Below, piece by piece: positions 1 to 12,352 of a stretch of DNA of 64,000 bases. The position numbers and the translations under genes were made by a program. The stretch is taken from positions 14,198,001 to 14,262,000 of the forward strand of contig OZ059896.1 in the NCBI GenBank assembly GCA_964057225.1, read 5' to 3'. The DNA is from Auanema rhodensis (Eukaryota; Animalia; Nematoda). The first letter of the stretch is position 1; every line of letters starts with the position of its first letter. The notes beneath the pieces are model-generated. The model was not told where the DNA came from. It worked only from the letters and a program-made list of their open reading frames with translations, and did no database searches.

Positions 1-2229
1 AAATGAAAATTTGCTAAAATTTTAGTTTGTGTACTATGATCAAACTATGTTAATATTATCTTATTTCTATAAATATATGTATAAAATCATTTAAAGTTTT
101 TTTTCTTATTGAATATATAATAAAATTATATTTTATTTAAAATTATTAATTTATATTTATTCAATCAAAATGTAAATGAAATACAAATTTTGTTAAAATC
201 ATTCTACAGCTTATGCTTATGATTGTTAAGGCTTCAACTAAGTTTTAGCTTTAATCCTAACATTAACATCTGAAACTTGTACCTATATCAAATATTTTTT
301 ATTTGATTTCTCCAATAGAATTTTGATTTCTTCAGGGAAAAGTTGGAATAGTTGTTTTATTTTTAAACAATTTTATTTGGTTTTAAGTTATAAATACATT
401 GATTTGCACATTTTTTGTAGACGACCATTGTTGCAAAAAAACATGAAAAAGATAAATGTGAAGAAAATGGTTGAAAATACATATTTATAAAGGAAGAAAA
501 TTATTTTTAATTGTAAAATGACAAAAATAAGAAAATATAAAGGTTGAATTGGAGTAGAAGACTAAATGGCTAAAATGACTTAAAAGTCAGATGAAAGCTA
601 TGATGACGATACACTATAAGCAGAGTCAGAACAGGCATGGAATTTCAATTGGCGTCTACTTACCATAGTAAGAAAATATATACCGATATCGTTAAGAGAG
701 AAAGAATAAGAAATATAGAGAAAAATTAAATATAAGAAATTACGAGAGAGGGAAAGAGAGAAGGAGAGAGAGAACAAACAAAGCATCCGTTGTCAGTTCT
801 AGCTGGTTAGCTGGAATAAGCTGGATGAGAAGTAAGAAAGTTCTATTTCAAAAACAGCTTCCGGATAATTTCAATACGGCAAAGAGAGAAGGGATCTTTT
901 ATGAATTTAAATTTAAATTATTAATTATTAAAATGCTTTCTAATATTTCATATCCTGTTAATTCTTATTAGGAGTTTTCCGAATAAAATTAGCAAAGTCG
1001 AAATTTTTCTAAGATTCCACATGAATAGTCCTCAAGCTTCATCATTGCCAACCTATTCCACTTTTATCAATGTTTCCTTTTATTAATTTATTTAATAATT
1101 GTCTTAAGAAAACAATGTAACTAAGTAACTGAAAAAGTAAAGTAGACGTGTTGTTCATCAACAAATATTAGAAACATCTGTCTATATTTGACCAAAAATG
1201 AATGAAAATATTAATTATATTTTTAAATTTGACTATGATATCATATCAAGACTTTTCATTTATTTATTGATATTTTTCAACATTTCTCAGAATTTAAAAA
1301 AAAAAAACAAAAAAAGGTAAATGATTTAATATAGTTTTGAAAATTTCAATTCATTTTTTGTGTGTGTGTGTTACCATAATATTTGATCGAAATTAGTCCA
1401 ATTTTCACATTTTTTTTCTTGGAAAAAAGCAAAATTTGGCGATAAATAGTTGGATGCATGTGGAATATTGTCGCTGAAAATATCCCACATATATGATATT
1501 TATTTTCTTTTATTCTTTTCGTTTTCTAAGATATAGCTTTGCCTGAAGCTAAGACGTTAAGCTTCTAACGGAAGACTGGGCATTGAGGCATTAAACTAGT
1601 AATGTTAAGCTTTATCTCTCTTTCTTTCTCTGTATATTGCTCTCAATGCTCTAAATATTAGTTTCAATTTTCATATATAAGTATGAATCTATAGAATAGA
1701 GATGAATATACTATGCATTATACTTGCAAACCATTATCGTTTGCTCAAGTCAACTTGACACAAATCATTTTGATTATCGGGTTTTCAGGATATTTCTTGA
1801 GAGTTCATGTATTTTCAGCATAGTTTGCAAACCACAATCGGTGCACTTCTTCAAACATCTTTTAAATTGAAAAAAATCCTTTTTCATCATTTTGGGGGGC
1901 AAATATCTTTAAAATACGCGTCGTATTTGTTTCTCATAATTATGTAAGCTTAAAAGGCAAGTTTAAAACTTGGTATAAGGCTCATAAAGAAAAAAAAATT
2001 TCTAGTTTATCTGAAATCGATAATCGTATCGATTTGTCTATAATAATTTACAAGTATACTATGTATATTTGAAGAGTGCATTTACGACGTTTTGCCTTTA
2101 AAATGCTTTAGAATTTTAAAATTTAAACTTCAACCTGACTAAAATTATAAATAATACTTTATATAATCAAGATTCAACAAGAGAAAATACAATATAAAAG
2201 TAAAAAAAAGAATAATTTTGGTTTGAATA

Positions 2230-3617
2230 TCACTTCATACTCGAACCACCAACAGTTGACCGAGCAGCAGTTTCGATTTGGGAGAGAGCTTGTTCGATCT
2301 GAACAAAAAGAAATTAAAGTTCAACGTAATCTAAATCATTTTCTGTATAACCTGATAAGCTGAAATTGTTTGATCAGATGTACGAGTACGTTCACGTCCC
2401 TGGGTAACAGTGCTATAGATGGATCGTCCCCATCCTTTTTTAGAAGTTTTGCGTCCAGCTTGGAGAAGAGCCTTATCACGTTTGTGTGGGAAACTATTAC
2501 GATTACTAGATAAATAGCACATGCTAACCTATAATATGATATAAACAATAATAGAATATAAACAAAAGTTCAAATACCAATGAGCAGATCATCATACCAA
2601 CAGTGTAACCATAGACGGCAAATGCCGAGAATAAGGAGCTGAAAACTTAAGTCTTTTTGAAGTTTTCCGACAAGGTAGTGACAAGATTGAAATTCTTTCA
2701 CAACTAACTTATGTGGACAGGTAACCTGTATTCCACGTTCAGTAATAAGTAAATCTCCAGCATCCATTCCCCGACAATTGGCATGAATTGTAAAAAAAAA
2801 TAAAAATAAGAAGAAAATTCTAATTCAAACTTATCTGATAGGATCTCTAGTTGAGGGGAAATATGCTGTACATACAAATCTTTGTTCAGCTAAGAATGAT
2901 TCTTCATCATCATTAAAGTATTTCGTACTAACATTACATGTACTAACTCTGCCAGTACTGTAAAATATCAGAAAAAAACGTTTTTTTTTTCAATAAAAAC
3001 ATAAAAAATACTTGAAATTGAAACGAAGGTATGTATTGAGAGGTAATCCAGGAAATGTTAAATCAATATAACGCTTTGGTAAACAGTATGCTACTTCAAA
3101 TGGAACTAGAATACCATATAGGTAAAAATATATTTATATAAAACATAATAATTTGAATATTATTTTAATGTTCAACAATATTGAAACTAAGCTTTAACTA
3201 ACCAGCTCCACATGTTCGTGTTGAATGAAACAAACATGTATCTGTTACCAGGTACATACCATCAAGAATGCTCTCTTCTTTACAAAAGGCTTAAAAATAT
3301 GAATTATTAATAATATTATTTTTATTATGTGAATAAAAAAAATATTTAAAATGAGTACTTGGTGCACTGGAATGTCCTATAGCTGGCAGTTGAACAGATA
3401 GAGCATCTGTTTTGATAATGGTCAAAACTAAAAATTCAACCAGTAATAACAACATTTTATGTTTAAATGAAACTTTATTGCAACTTTGTTTAAAACGTGA
3501 AATATGACGTCACGTGTCTAACAATTTAAATATGAAATTCAGCCAATTAATTAGAATACGTGAAAATGCAAATTGCCACTATGAACACTTAGTACTTGAA
3601 ATTATGTTTAAGATCAT
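2230..3617 (-). CDS. Unknown 260-aa type I single-pass membrane protein with an 8-Cys ectodomain (9 exons, one AT-AC intron)
   Basis: Exons 3596-3617, 3359-3427, 3203-3289, 3012-3105, 2835-2957, 2709-2789, 2578-2638, 2352-2528 and 2230-2298 join in phase. Translation: MILNIISILTIIKTDALSVQLPAIGHSSAPTFCKEESILDGMYLVTDTCLFHSTRTCGAVPFEVAYCLPKRY...RDPIRIHANCRGMDAG...VTCPHN-SLFSAFAVYGYTVGMMICSLVSMCYL(TM)-SSNRNSFPHKRDK...GGSSMK*. All introns are GT-AG except 2790-2834. The first exon is the least certain. No family recognised. Confidence 0.8.
2790..2834 (-). other. Non-canonical AT-AC intron, 45 nt
   Basis: The minus strand reads ...ATCAG|ATAAGTTTGAATTAG...TTTTTTTTTAC|AATTCATGCC. Removing it gives in-frame ...DPI-R-IHANCRG; retaining it gives an immediate TAA. 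Confidence 0.72.
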
Positions 3618-5774
3618 TTTTAGACATATAAAACTATTTTCGGCTGTACTTTAAGTGAGTTTTCATATTGTTTTTTCTTTTTATTTTAAATTTATACCTA
3701 TAAGTATTTATAAATTTGAATATTCTTAAATTTTTATATTTTGAAGCTTTTATTTCAATGTAACCTTTGAATTTTTGATTTATACTTTGCTTCTTTTTAT
3801 GAATGTTCTATCTCTTTCTTTATTTGATTTATTTGATTATAGTTAAAATCATCAACAACACTCTGTATCACCTTTTCCGCTTAACCAGCCTCTCTTCTAT
3901 TCTTCTTTCCCTCCTTTCTCAATCATATACATATGTAGTTTCGTCCCTCATCTGTATTCTTCTATGTTTTAGCTAGTTTTACTTTCTAATACTTAGTTCT
4001 GATTATGTTTCATAGACATTATTCTATATCAGATTATAAGTTTAAAATGTATGTTCATGCATATATATATATATAGAATATAAACAACGTTAATGTTTTT
4101 GTCTACCGTAACATATATTTTGAACATTTTGATTGAAATTTGTTTGAATACAGAAGAATAGTGTTCTCCGTCCGTTGTTGTATCTACTAAGACTTAAATT
4201 AAACATACAAACTGTTAAGGAATTTCTCTTTTTCTTTCTCTCTTTATCTGGCCTTGTTATTCAAAATTTATAGTAATGATTTCCCTCTCTCTCTCTCTCT
4301 CTTTATCTCTCTTTCTTTTTATTTTGTTCCCTTGTTAGTTTCTTTAGCTTCATAACAATTTTTTTCATTTTGTTCTATCTGATCGAATGAATTTTTCGTC
4401 TCAACATCGAAACAATATTGTAGCATTGAGCAAATTCGTGGTAGTTTGTCTCAAAACGTTTATAATCCTCTCTGTTCAAAAGAATTAAAATGTCTAATGC
4501 TGAACTTTTGACAAGATAAATGACCAATATCAATCCAAAAGCTTTTCGCATTTTTAGACCAAAAAAATCGATTATAATATATGAATATACTATATATCTA
4601 TATATATATTTCTTTCAACTTTTGGTTTCTGAAGTTCAAGAAGTTCAAATCTGCTAATACCAAGTTTATGATGCCATTTACTGTTTGACCATTAAAACAA
4701 TAGAAAATGTTTCAGTATCTCTCGGAAAAATATTTCATTATGGGTGGCAAAAACTCATTTGAAACAGGTTTTCATTTTTTTGCTCTTCACTGACAATTAA
4801 TGAAATCTTCTCAATTATATTCCATTTTATTCGTTCAGAATGTTTCCATTCTATCAGTTTTATATTTTATTTCTTTATAAATTGAAATAAAATATTTATT
4901 TTATTATTATAAGATTCATAATTTCATATTTGATGTATTCTTATTCTTATTAATTTTTTTTTATTTATATATATATAAAAGCTATTTTTTTGTAATTTAA
5001 TTTATAATACATATATTATAAATGAAAAATGTTCCTTCACTTTTAATATTTTCATTTTTTTTGTGTTTCCAATGTTTCATCTTTTGAACTTATTCTATGA
5101 AAAGCTTTGTGACAACTATGCTGCTGGAGCTATTCATCTCCTCCGATTCAATGTTATAACCTTTTCAAAGCAGCTTATATAATGATTTTTATAAATTATC
5201 TTTCTTAACTATAATATTATAAAACAAGTTTTGTTTGATTTTTCAATATCAAATATTTTGATATACAAACAACTCAAATATTTTATTACCAAAAAATCAA
5301 ATTAATAACAGGCTGGTTAATATGAATAGAACATTGACCTATTTTATCTATTTTTACTTTTTGAAAATTGTTTCCTCTTTTTTTATAAATTTTATATGTA
5401 TAAATAAAAAGATATCTATAGTAAGAAGAGATCATGATGAGAGATATGACATATAGATAGTTATAATATAACATAACCGACAATATATGAACGAGATATT
5501 AATTCATTTGTTATAACCGGTGGCCACAAATACTTTTGTGAACTTTTTTTTATTTTTTTTTATATTTTGATTATCTCTTTTCTATCTATTAATTGTCGCT
5601 TTTTCCTTTCAATATTTTATCCGACCTATAGTTAGAAATTCATTGCTGCTGCTGATTTTGTCCGAGACAGAGAAAGTTCAGCCTGTTTCAGTTCTTCCTT
5701 CCTCTTTCAGATTATAAACCTTCATCTCTTTTCCTCTATCTATTCGGCTCCTTATTTCTTTTTGATCTGACTAC

Positions 5775-5777
<3 letters not shown>

Positions 5778-5830
<53 letters not shown>
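5778..5830 (+). repeat. (CT)n microsatellite
   Basis: A perfect run of ~26 units. Confidence 0.95.
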
Positions 5831-5835
<5 letters not shown>

Positions 5836-6423
5836 ACCCTCGTAGTATTTTCACTTTTCATGTCCCTTCTGATATATGTATATATACATGTATGTATATG
5901 TATATGTTCGTTTTTGATATCAAAACTATGTTTTGACATCTGTCCTATACTTCATTTAGCTCAATTTCCACTTAATCAACCTTTTCTCGTTAACATCATA
6001 CCATTCTTGTTTGATCGACACGCGAATGAGGTTGTTGATTTTAATCAAAGGGAGGGAAAAGAAGAGAGAGAGAAAGAGAGAGAGAGAAAGAGAGAAAGAG
6101 AGAAAGAGAGAAAGAGAGAAAGAGAGAGTAATGTTTTTTTTCTTCGTGATTACACTTCTAATAGTTATAAGATAAGACCGTTTTTCTTTTGATCACGATC
6201 CTTCTTGCAAATCCTTTTGTTTTCATTTCTTATCCTTGATTTTCGAATTTTTTGTGTTCAAATTTGACAGTTGTAACTAGATCATTGTTTACTTTCATTT
6301 TCTATGGGTTTTTTTAATCTTTTTTTTTTGGTCATTTGTTTCTCAATTTCAGGAAAAGTATCATTACTTTGTATTTTTTGGTTTCTTCGCACCAAGCCAT
6401 ATCAAATTGGTTCCAGTATCAGA

Positions 6424-8464
6424 ATGCACCGAATTCTTTTTCTGTTTCCATGTTTGATTTGGAAATTTGCTGATGCGGAAACAGATCCTCAAGGTGGAAC
6501 TTTAAGGTTTTTTCAAAATTCTAATGATCAAACTTCTATTTCAGCTCATATTCAATATTGGGAGAATCTTGCTGCACAACGTCTTCGGGAAAAACTTGAG
6601 GTTCATCCACAAGGAGGTCAGTACATCATCCTAATTGAATTTACCACCTTAAGTTGTTAAATCAACAAAGCTTCATATTAGAACATTAGTCTAATATTCG
6701 GATTTATTAATGGCTATTTGAATGTAAATGTATTCCTGAATATCATATTCCTTCAGGTCGTTTACCTAAAAATGTGATTTTCTTTCTTGGTGATGGTATG
6801 GGCTCAACAGTATTAACTGGAGCGCGTCGCTACCGGGCACAAAAACATGGAGAAGCATATCTGAACCAACATCTCAAAATGGAAAATTTTGAATTTACGG
6901 GTTTAGTTAAGGTAATTATTTAATTTATAATAAAAATCTTTATATACTGTACTATAATAGCAAAAGTTATTTTAATGTTCAGACAAGTTCATATGATAAG
7001 CATGTTACGGATTCAGCTGCTGGTGCTGTTGCATTATTCACTGGCCATAAAGTGAGTCAAAGATAAAGTCATTTATAGTTGTTGTTGTAATTTAAAGACA
7101 TTAATCTTTATTACAGGCTTTGCAAAAATCATTGGGAAGTATTCCTGGTAATGCAACAATTGTCCAATATCCAGATGGAAATTCTCCTGACTGCACAATT
7201 AATACTGAATATCATATTAATGATGGAATAGCTGAATTATCTATAGATAAAGGTTAATCTACTATATTATATAATAATAAAATTTTATTTATTTTATTAT
7301 ATTTTTGATAAAATATATATTTACTCTTAAAATATTCAGGAAAAAATGCTGGATTTGTCACGACGACACGTATTACTCATGCTACTCCAGCTGCATTATA
7401 TGCCAAAGTTTGTATTTAAAATAATTATTTACTAAAATAATTCAGTGTATAATCATACATTTTATGCAAAAAAAGTTGTAGTTTTGATTAAATTTTTAGA
7501 AATTTTCATAAAATACTACAACTTGTTTTAGGGTGTAAATAGATATGTTGAAACAGATGATAAATTCAAGGATTCTTTCCCTAGTTGTCATACAAACGAT
7601 ATTGCTAAACAGATTTTACAACATCCAGCTGATAAGTTTAAAGTATAAAAAACTGAAGTTGATAATCATGTAATATTACTGTAATTCAGGTATTAATGGG
7701 AGGTGGAAGTTCATTCTTCAGCCCAGAACGTGATGGAGGTAAACGTCGTGATCAACGTGACATTGACAAAGAATGGTTGAAGTTAGATGGCAAACGTGAA
7801 ATTGTGAGAAAAATCGAAGATTTAGAGTCCATCGATATAACAACTGATCAAAAAGTTTTAGGTAGTTATGCTGCAAAGAATCAGAAGCATGTTTAGACTT
7901 GAACTTTCTTTTACAGGATTATTCTCTCCATCACATTTTCCATATTATTTGGATGAGCAAGTAAATAAAGTGAAAACAGTACCAAGATTAGCTGAAATGA
8001 CAAAGAAAGCTATTCAAATTATGGAAAAAAACAATCCAAATGGATATTTTCTCATGATTGAAGGTATTTTTCTTTTATAAATATTATATTTATAATATAT
8101 ATATATATATATAGTTAATTAATTATATTTAAAGGTGGTCATATTGATATGGCAGAACATCTTAATGAACTTCGTAAAAGTTTTGAAGAAGTTTTAGAGT
8201 TTGACGATGCTATTGAAATGGTAAAACTTTATTTTATTCCTCCTCAATATTCAATACAACTTATTTCAAATTAAAAAAAAATAATAAAAAACACATATTT
8301 TCACATAAAATTAGAAATATTTTTTAATATTTTAACATAAACTTTATAATTTTAGGCTAAAAATCTTACTGATCCATCTGAAACATTGATCATTGTAACT
8401 GCTGATCATTCTCATGCTTTATCAATGCCAGGATATATGAATGTATCTGCTGGTATATTAGGTA

Positions 8465-8503
<39 letters not shown>

Positions 8504-9177
8504 ATATTATATATAATATAAAATAATTATAATAATTTCTAAAATTTTAGAAAATGATATTACTGAAAGTGGTGATCATATGCCAGGATTTTTATTTGCT
8601 TCTGGTCCTGGTCAAAAGACTCCTCGTAACTATAGCAAAGCAGAATCAGGTGAGCTATAATCATGAATCTTTTAAATTTTATTTAATAAATTTATATTTT
8701 AAAATATAATTAATATATTGTACAGAAAAACATGATTTTGCATCTCCATCATACATATACATGGAGAGTGGCTATCATGGTGGTGAAGATGTTCCCTTAT
8801 ATGCTCATGGACCATACGCATGGTTAGTAAAAAGTTGTATAATAACAAAGTTAATTATGCTTAATACAGGTTATTCTCTGGATCTTTAGAGAATACTGAA
8901 GTTGCTTATCGTATTAAATATCTAATGTGTCTTACTAATAATATAGAACATTGTGGAGATATTAATAGTCAAGGTATAATATCTTTAACTATACATATTC
9001 ATAATATATTTAGGTTTCTTATCACGTATTGATTCTGGAACATTAGCAACCATAACAGTATTATCATTAGCTGTAGCATCTGTATCCTTATTAGCTTCTT
9101 TAGTTCTTTCATGTATTGTATTTTGTCGAAATTACCAAAGCAAAGGTAAAACATCCTGCTTTTCAATGGCTTCGTAA
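6424..9177 (+). CDS. Alkaline phosphatase (classical Zn/Mg ALP family), signal peptide plus C-terminal hydrophobic helix, 15 exons
   Basis: The spliced product has a signal peptide (MHRILFLFPCLIWKFADA) and the motifs KNVIFFLGDGMG, VTDSAAGA (catalytic Ser), TTTRITHATPAALYA, VLMGGG, YFLMIEGGHIDMAEH, TLIIVTADHSH and HGGEDVPLYAHGP. It ends ...TLATITVLSLAVASVSLLASLVLSCIVFC RNYQSKGKTSCFSMAS* (TAA 9175-9177). All 14 introns are GT-AG. Confidence 0.95.
8466..8502 (+). repeat. (TATC)n tetranucleotide microsatellite in an ALP intron
   Basis: About 9 tandem TATC units. Confidence 0.9.
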
Positions 9178-9366
9178 GAATCATTTTCTATAGCTTTTAT
9201 AAAGATAATATTATATATCTTTAGTTAACTATATATATATTATGATATATAGTATACGTGTATTTAGATTTAATGAAAAAAAAACAGTACAAATTGTATA
9301 TAATTTTTTAAAAAATGACAAAAAAGTATTTGTATTTTATGTGTTTCTTCTTATTACTATGTATAT

Positions 9367-9408
<42 letters not shown>

Positions 9409-10328
9409 ATTTTCTCTCTTTGTTTCTCTTTCTCTTTTTCTCTTCAAAAGATGTTTCATTTATACTAACGCATTATATACTGACTACTCTTTAATCTGAG
9501 GACAGTGTTCAATAAATATTTTTAGAAACAAAAAGAAAAACTGTTTAAAACTACAATTTATTTTTAGTTTTTTGTACAATGTCACAAGATAAGATGATGC
9601 TTGACCTTCTACATATTGCAAGAGCTAACGAGGCAAAATGGGTTTTATCAACCTCTTCAAGGATAACCTATTCTTAATATATCTTTTGAAAGTTATGAAG
9701 GACATGTTGTCATTTAAAATTATTTTAAAGGAATGATTCATAGTTCTCATCTATACGCAATCTCCAGCCACAAGCAAGCTTTTCATTAGTCTCAATCTTG
9801 ACGACAATGCGTTATGTGTGACCTTTGATGGAAGCCATGCACGAGACTGGTTAATTCATGGGGTGAATCAGCTTTTACTTCTTCCTTTCTCTCACATTTT
9901 TTTTGTTATTACATGCTTCTTATTCAAGATTCTTAATGCCTTCAGATAGTGAATCTGACATGATGTGTCGACGACAGCGGCAAAATCGCAGAAGCAAGTG
10001 ATGAGTCAGACGGACATCACATTCATCGTTAAGGCATATATCGAAACTCGTTCTAGCCTCAGGGCAGAAAGCACGGCAAATGTTGTGACGTCAAAATAGT
10101 TGAATGTTTAGAGGAGAAACACTAACTGTCTATCTGTAAACCATGTAAGGACATTGACGTCATCTGGTTTCCCTGCAATCATCAACCATCTCTCTCTCTA
10201 TATCTCTTTCTATCCTCTCTCTATCATTGTCATAGTTCCTTCTTAGGCGAATTTTTCTGCCATTCGGTTGTACAGACAATAGTTTGTCCCGCCCACATCA
10301 TCATAGACACAGGCGATACTGTCATCCC

Positions 10329-10336
10329 TTTATAAG
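10329..10336 (+). promoter_or_regulatory. Candidate TATA element of the grl gene
   Basis: TTTATAAG lies ~55 nt upstream of the ATG at 10389, at the end of a GC-richer promoter-like block (9580-10330) that contains TGACCT and GATA-type motifs. Confidence 0.4.
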
Positions 10337-10388
10337 CAAGAGCTCTAAGACGTGAACATCAGAATCCAAATCAACTTTCTAAGAAAGC

Positions 10389-11678
10389 ATGATTCGATAC
10401 TTGGCTGTCTTAGCCGTTCTATTGCCCCAGGCTGCTGGTAACTTCGGTAAGCTGTCTTTTTATCAACTTTTCATCTGAAGAACTTTTTTTAGGAGGATGC
10501 TGCGGAATGTCTCTTCCACCTCCACCATGTCCAGCTCCAATCTGTGCTCCTCCTCTTCCACCACCACCATGTCCTCCACCTCCAATGTGCCCACCTCAAT
10601 TCTGCCCTCCTCCAGCACCATGTCCTCCTCCACCTCCACCACCACCACCACCAATGTGTCCTCCACCACTTCCACCTCCACCACCAGTCATGAGTCCATG
10701 CCAGAGCTATGCTCCAGCTCCAGTCTTTGCTCAAGTAAGTTCAATTTACAGTAACTATCCATGTCATTTTCTACTTGTAGTATGCCATGCAACCAGCTAA
10801 TGACTGCTGTTGCCGTTGCGGAGTTCCATGCCACTACCGTGCTCGTCATAGAACTCACGGATCGAAGGTAACATTATTCCGAATTACTTGTTAATTGATT
10901 TTCATCTTTATTGTAGATCTTCACTGCCACATCTATCGAAGCTGAAGTTCAGGAAGATCCAACCTGTAACAGCCGCAAGTTAAAGGCTTTGATTGAAGAT
11001 GTAAGTTGTCAAACTATATATATATTTTTTTTTTTTTTAAATATCTATTGGTTTTACCTATACTTGAACTTTGATAGAAAATACTTCATCTCTTTGAGAA
11101 TAGCAAGAACTATCCTTGTTCCTTTCACTTTTCTTCATTTATCATCAAATGAAACAATGATATCGTTGAACATATCATATTCTGACTTCTATCTCATGTT
11201 CAAGTCAGATTGTACGAGAATGCCAAGAGCTATTAGTCAAGGTCATATCAACTTGACAATTCTCGTTGCCATTTCCAAGCAATTTAGATCTCATTTTTCT
11301 TTTTTTAACTTTAAAACCATAATTGAAATGGAAATAACAATTGAAATTAATGAGCCAAACATCAAGTAAGAATGAAATTCCGGTTTAAAAGGTTGTTACG
11401 ACAAATGCCATCTGTACCAAAATCCGGTCTAGTATATCGATAATGGATACTATACTTGATACATGATACATGGCAAATATAATTATATAATTATTACAAA
11501 TTATATATATATATATATATAATTAAGATAATATAATATATTAATATGTTTTTCCCTTATTCTTCTTCATCTCAATATTTTCTCTTTTTAAAGATATCTG
11601 ATCTTGAAGTTGTTTCCACTTGGTACATACATGCTTTCTACATACATATAATAGTTTTTGAGAGATTTATTGCCTCTT

Positions 11679-11717
<39 letters not shown>

Positions 11718-12352
11718 TAAAACTACAAGAAATTAATTATAATGAGGCAATTGCATATTCTTCAAGAAGTTCTTCTTTCTTCTTCCTTTTTAACCAAAAA
11801 AAACCGGATGTCATACCATTGAATTTCCATCTACTTTACTTTTACTTTGAAAATATTTTTCTACTTATCTCGCATCTTCTAATAGATAACTTTGCGAATA
11901 TTCATTTGAATCACCATCAGAGATTGTGAACGGAGAAATACGAGTAACAATCAACAAAGTTGCAACGTTTCATGAACTTAAGTTTACACCCTGAATGCCA
12001 AGTTTAAACTTTTCTTCATCCTTCTCAATTTAAAAACTTTCTCTATTTCTCCGATTTCTTTGTTTCAATCAAGTAGAAAAACCTTTTGAATGTTCAAATA
12101 AGGTTATAAAGTTTTTCCTGTTCTGAAGTTTTTAATACAACAAGCTGACCTTAATCTCGACTATTCTTTCAGAATATCACGGACGATCCATCTATCTCGA
12201 AGCGTGCCATCCAAAAAGCAGCTGAAGAAAAGCTTTTCGGTAAATTCAATGTCATTTGTGCCAAGGGCGACTTCTCCTACGTTGCTTACACCGAAACATA
12301 TTGCCAATATTCAAATGATGACGTCACCTGTTATGCTTTCCGTCCAATGTAA
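10389..12352 (+). CDS. grl-4: Hedgehog-related Ground-like domain protein with a proline-rich linker (5 exons)
   Basis: Signal peptide MIRYLAVLAVLLPQAAG, a Pro/Cys-rich region (ORF 10507), YAMQPANDCCCRCGVPC, then the Ground-like domain DPTCNSRKLKALIED|NITDDPSISKRAIQKAAEEKLFGKFNVICAKGDFSYVAYTETYCQYSNDDVTCYAFRPM*. The last exon is 12173-12352. The symbol is from recalled similarity to C. elegans GRL-4. Confidence 0.9.

Noticed and set aside
3106-3125. Possible second AC-ending acceptor (TTTTTAC|CTATATGG) in gene 1
   Set aside because: A canonical TTCTAG acceptor at 3106 matches the phase-1 GT donor, so no non-canonical site is needed.
4408-4512. Short frame NPLCSKELKCLM reminiscent of a Ground-like domain start
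   Set aside because: It has no start, splice sites or continuation; likely chance.
10463-10754. Overlapping ORFs rich in W/R, V/E or S/T
   Set aside because: These are alternative-frame and antisense shadows of the CCA/CCT-rich proline exon of the grl gene.
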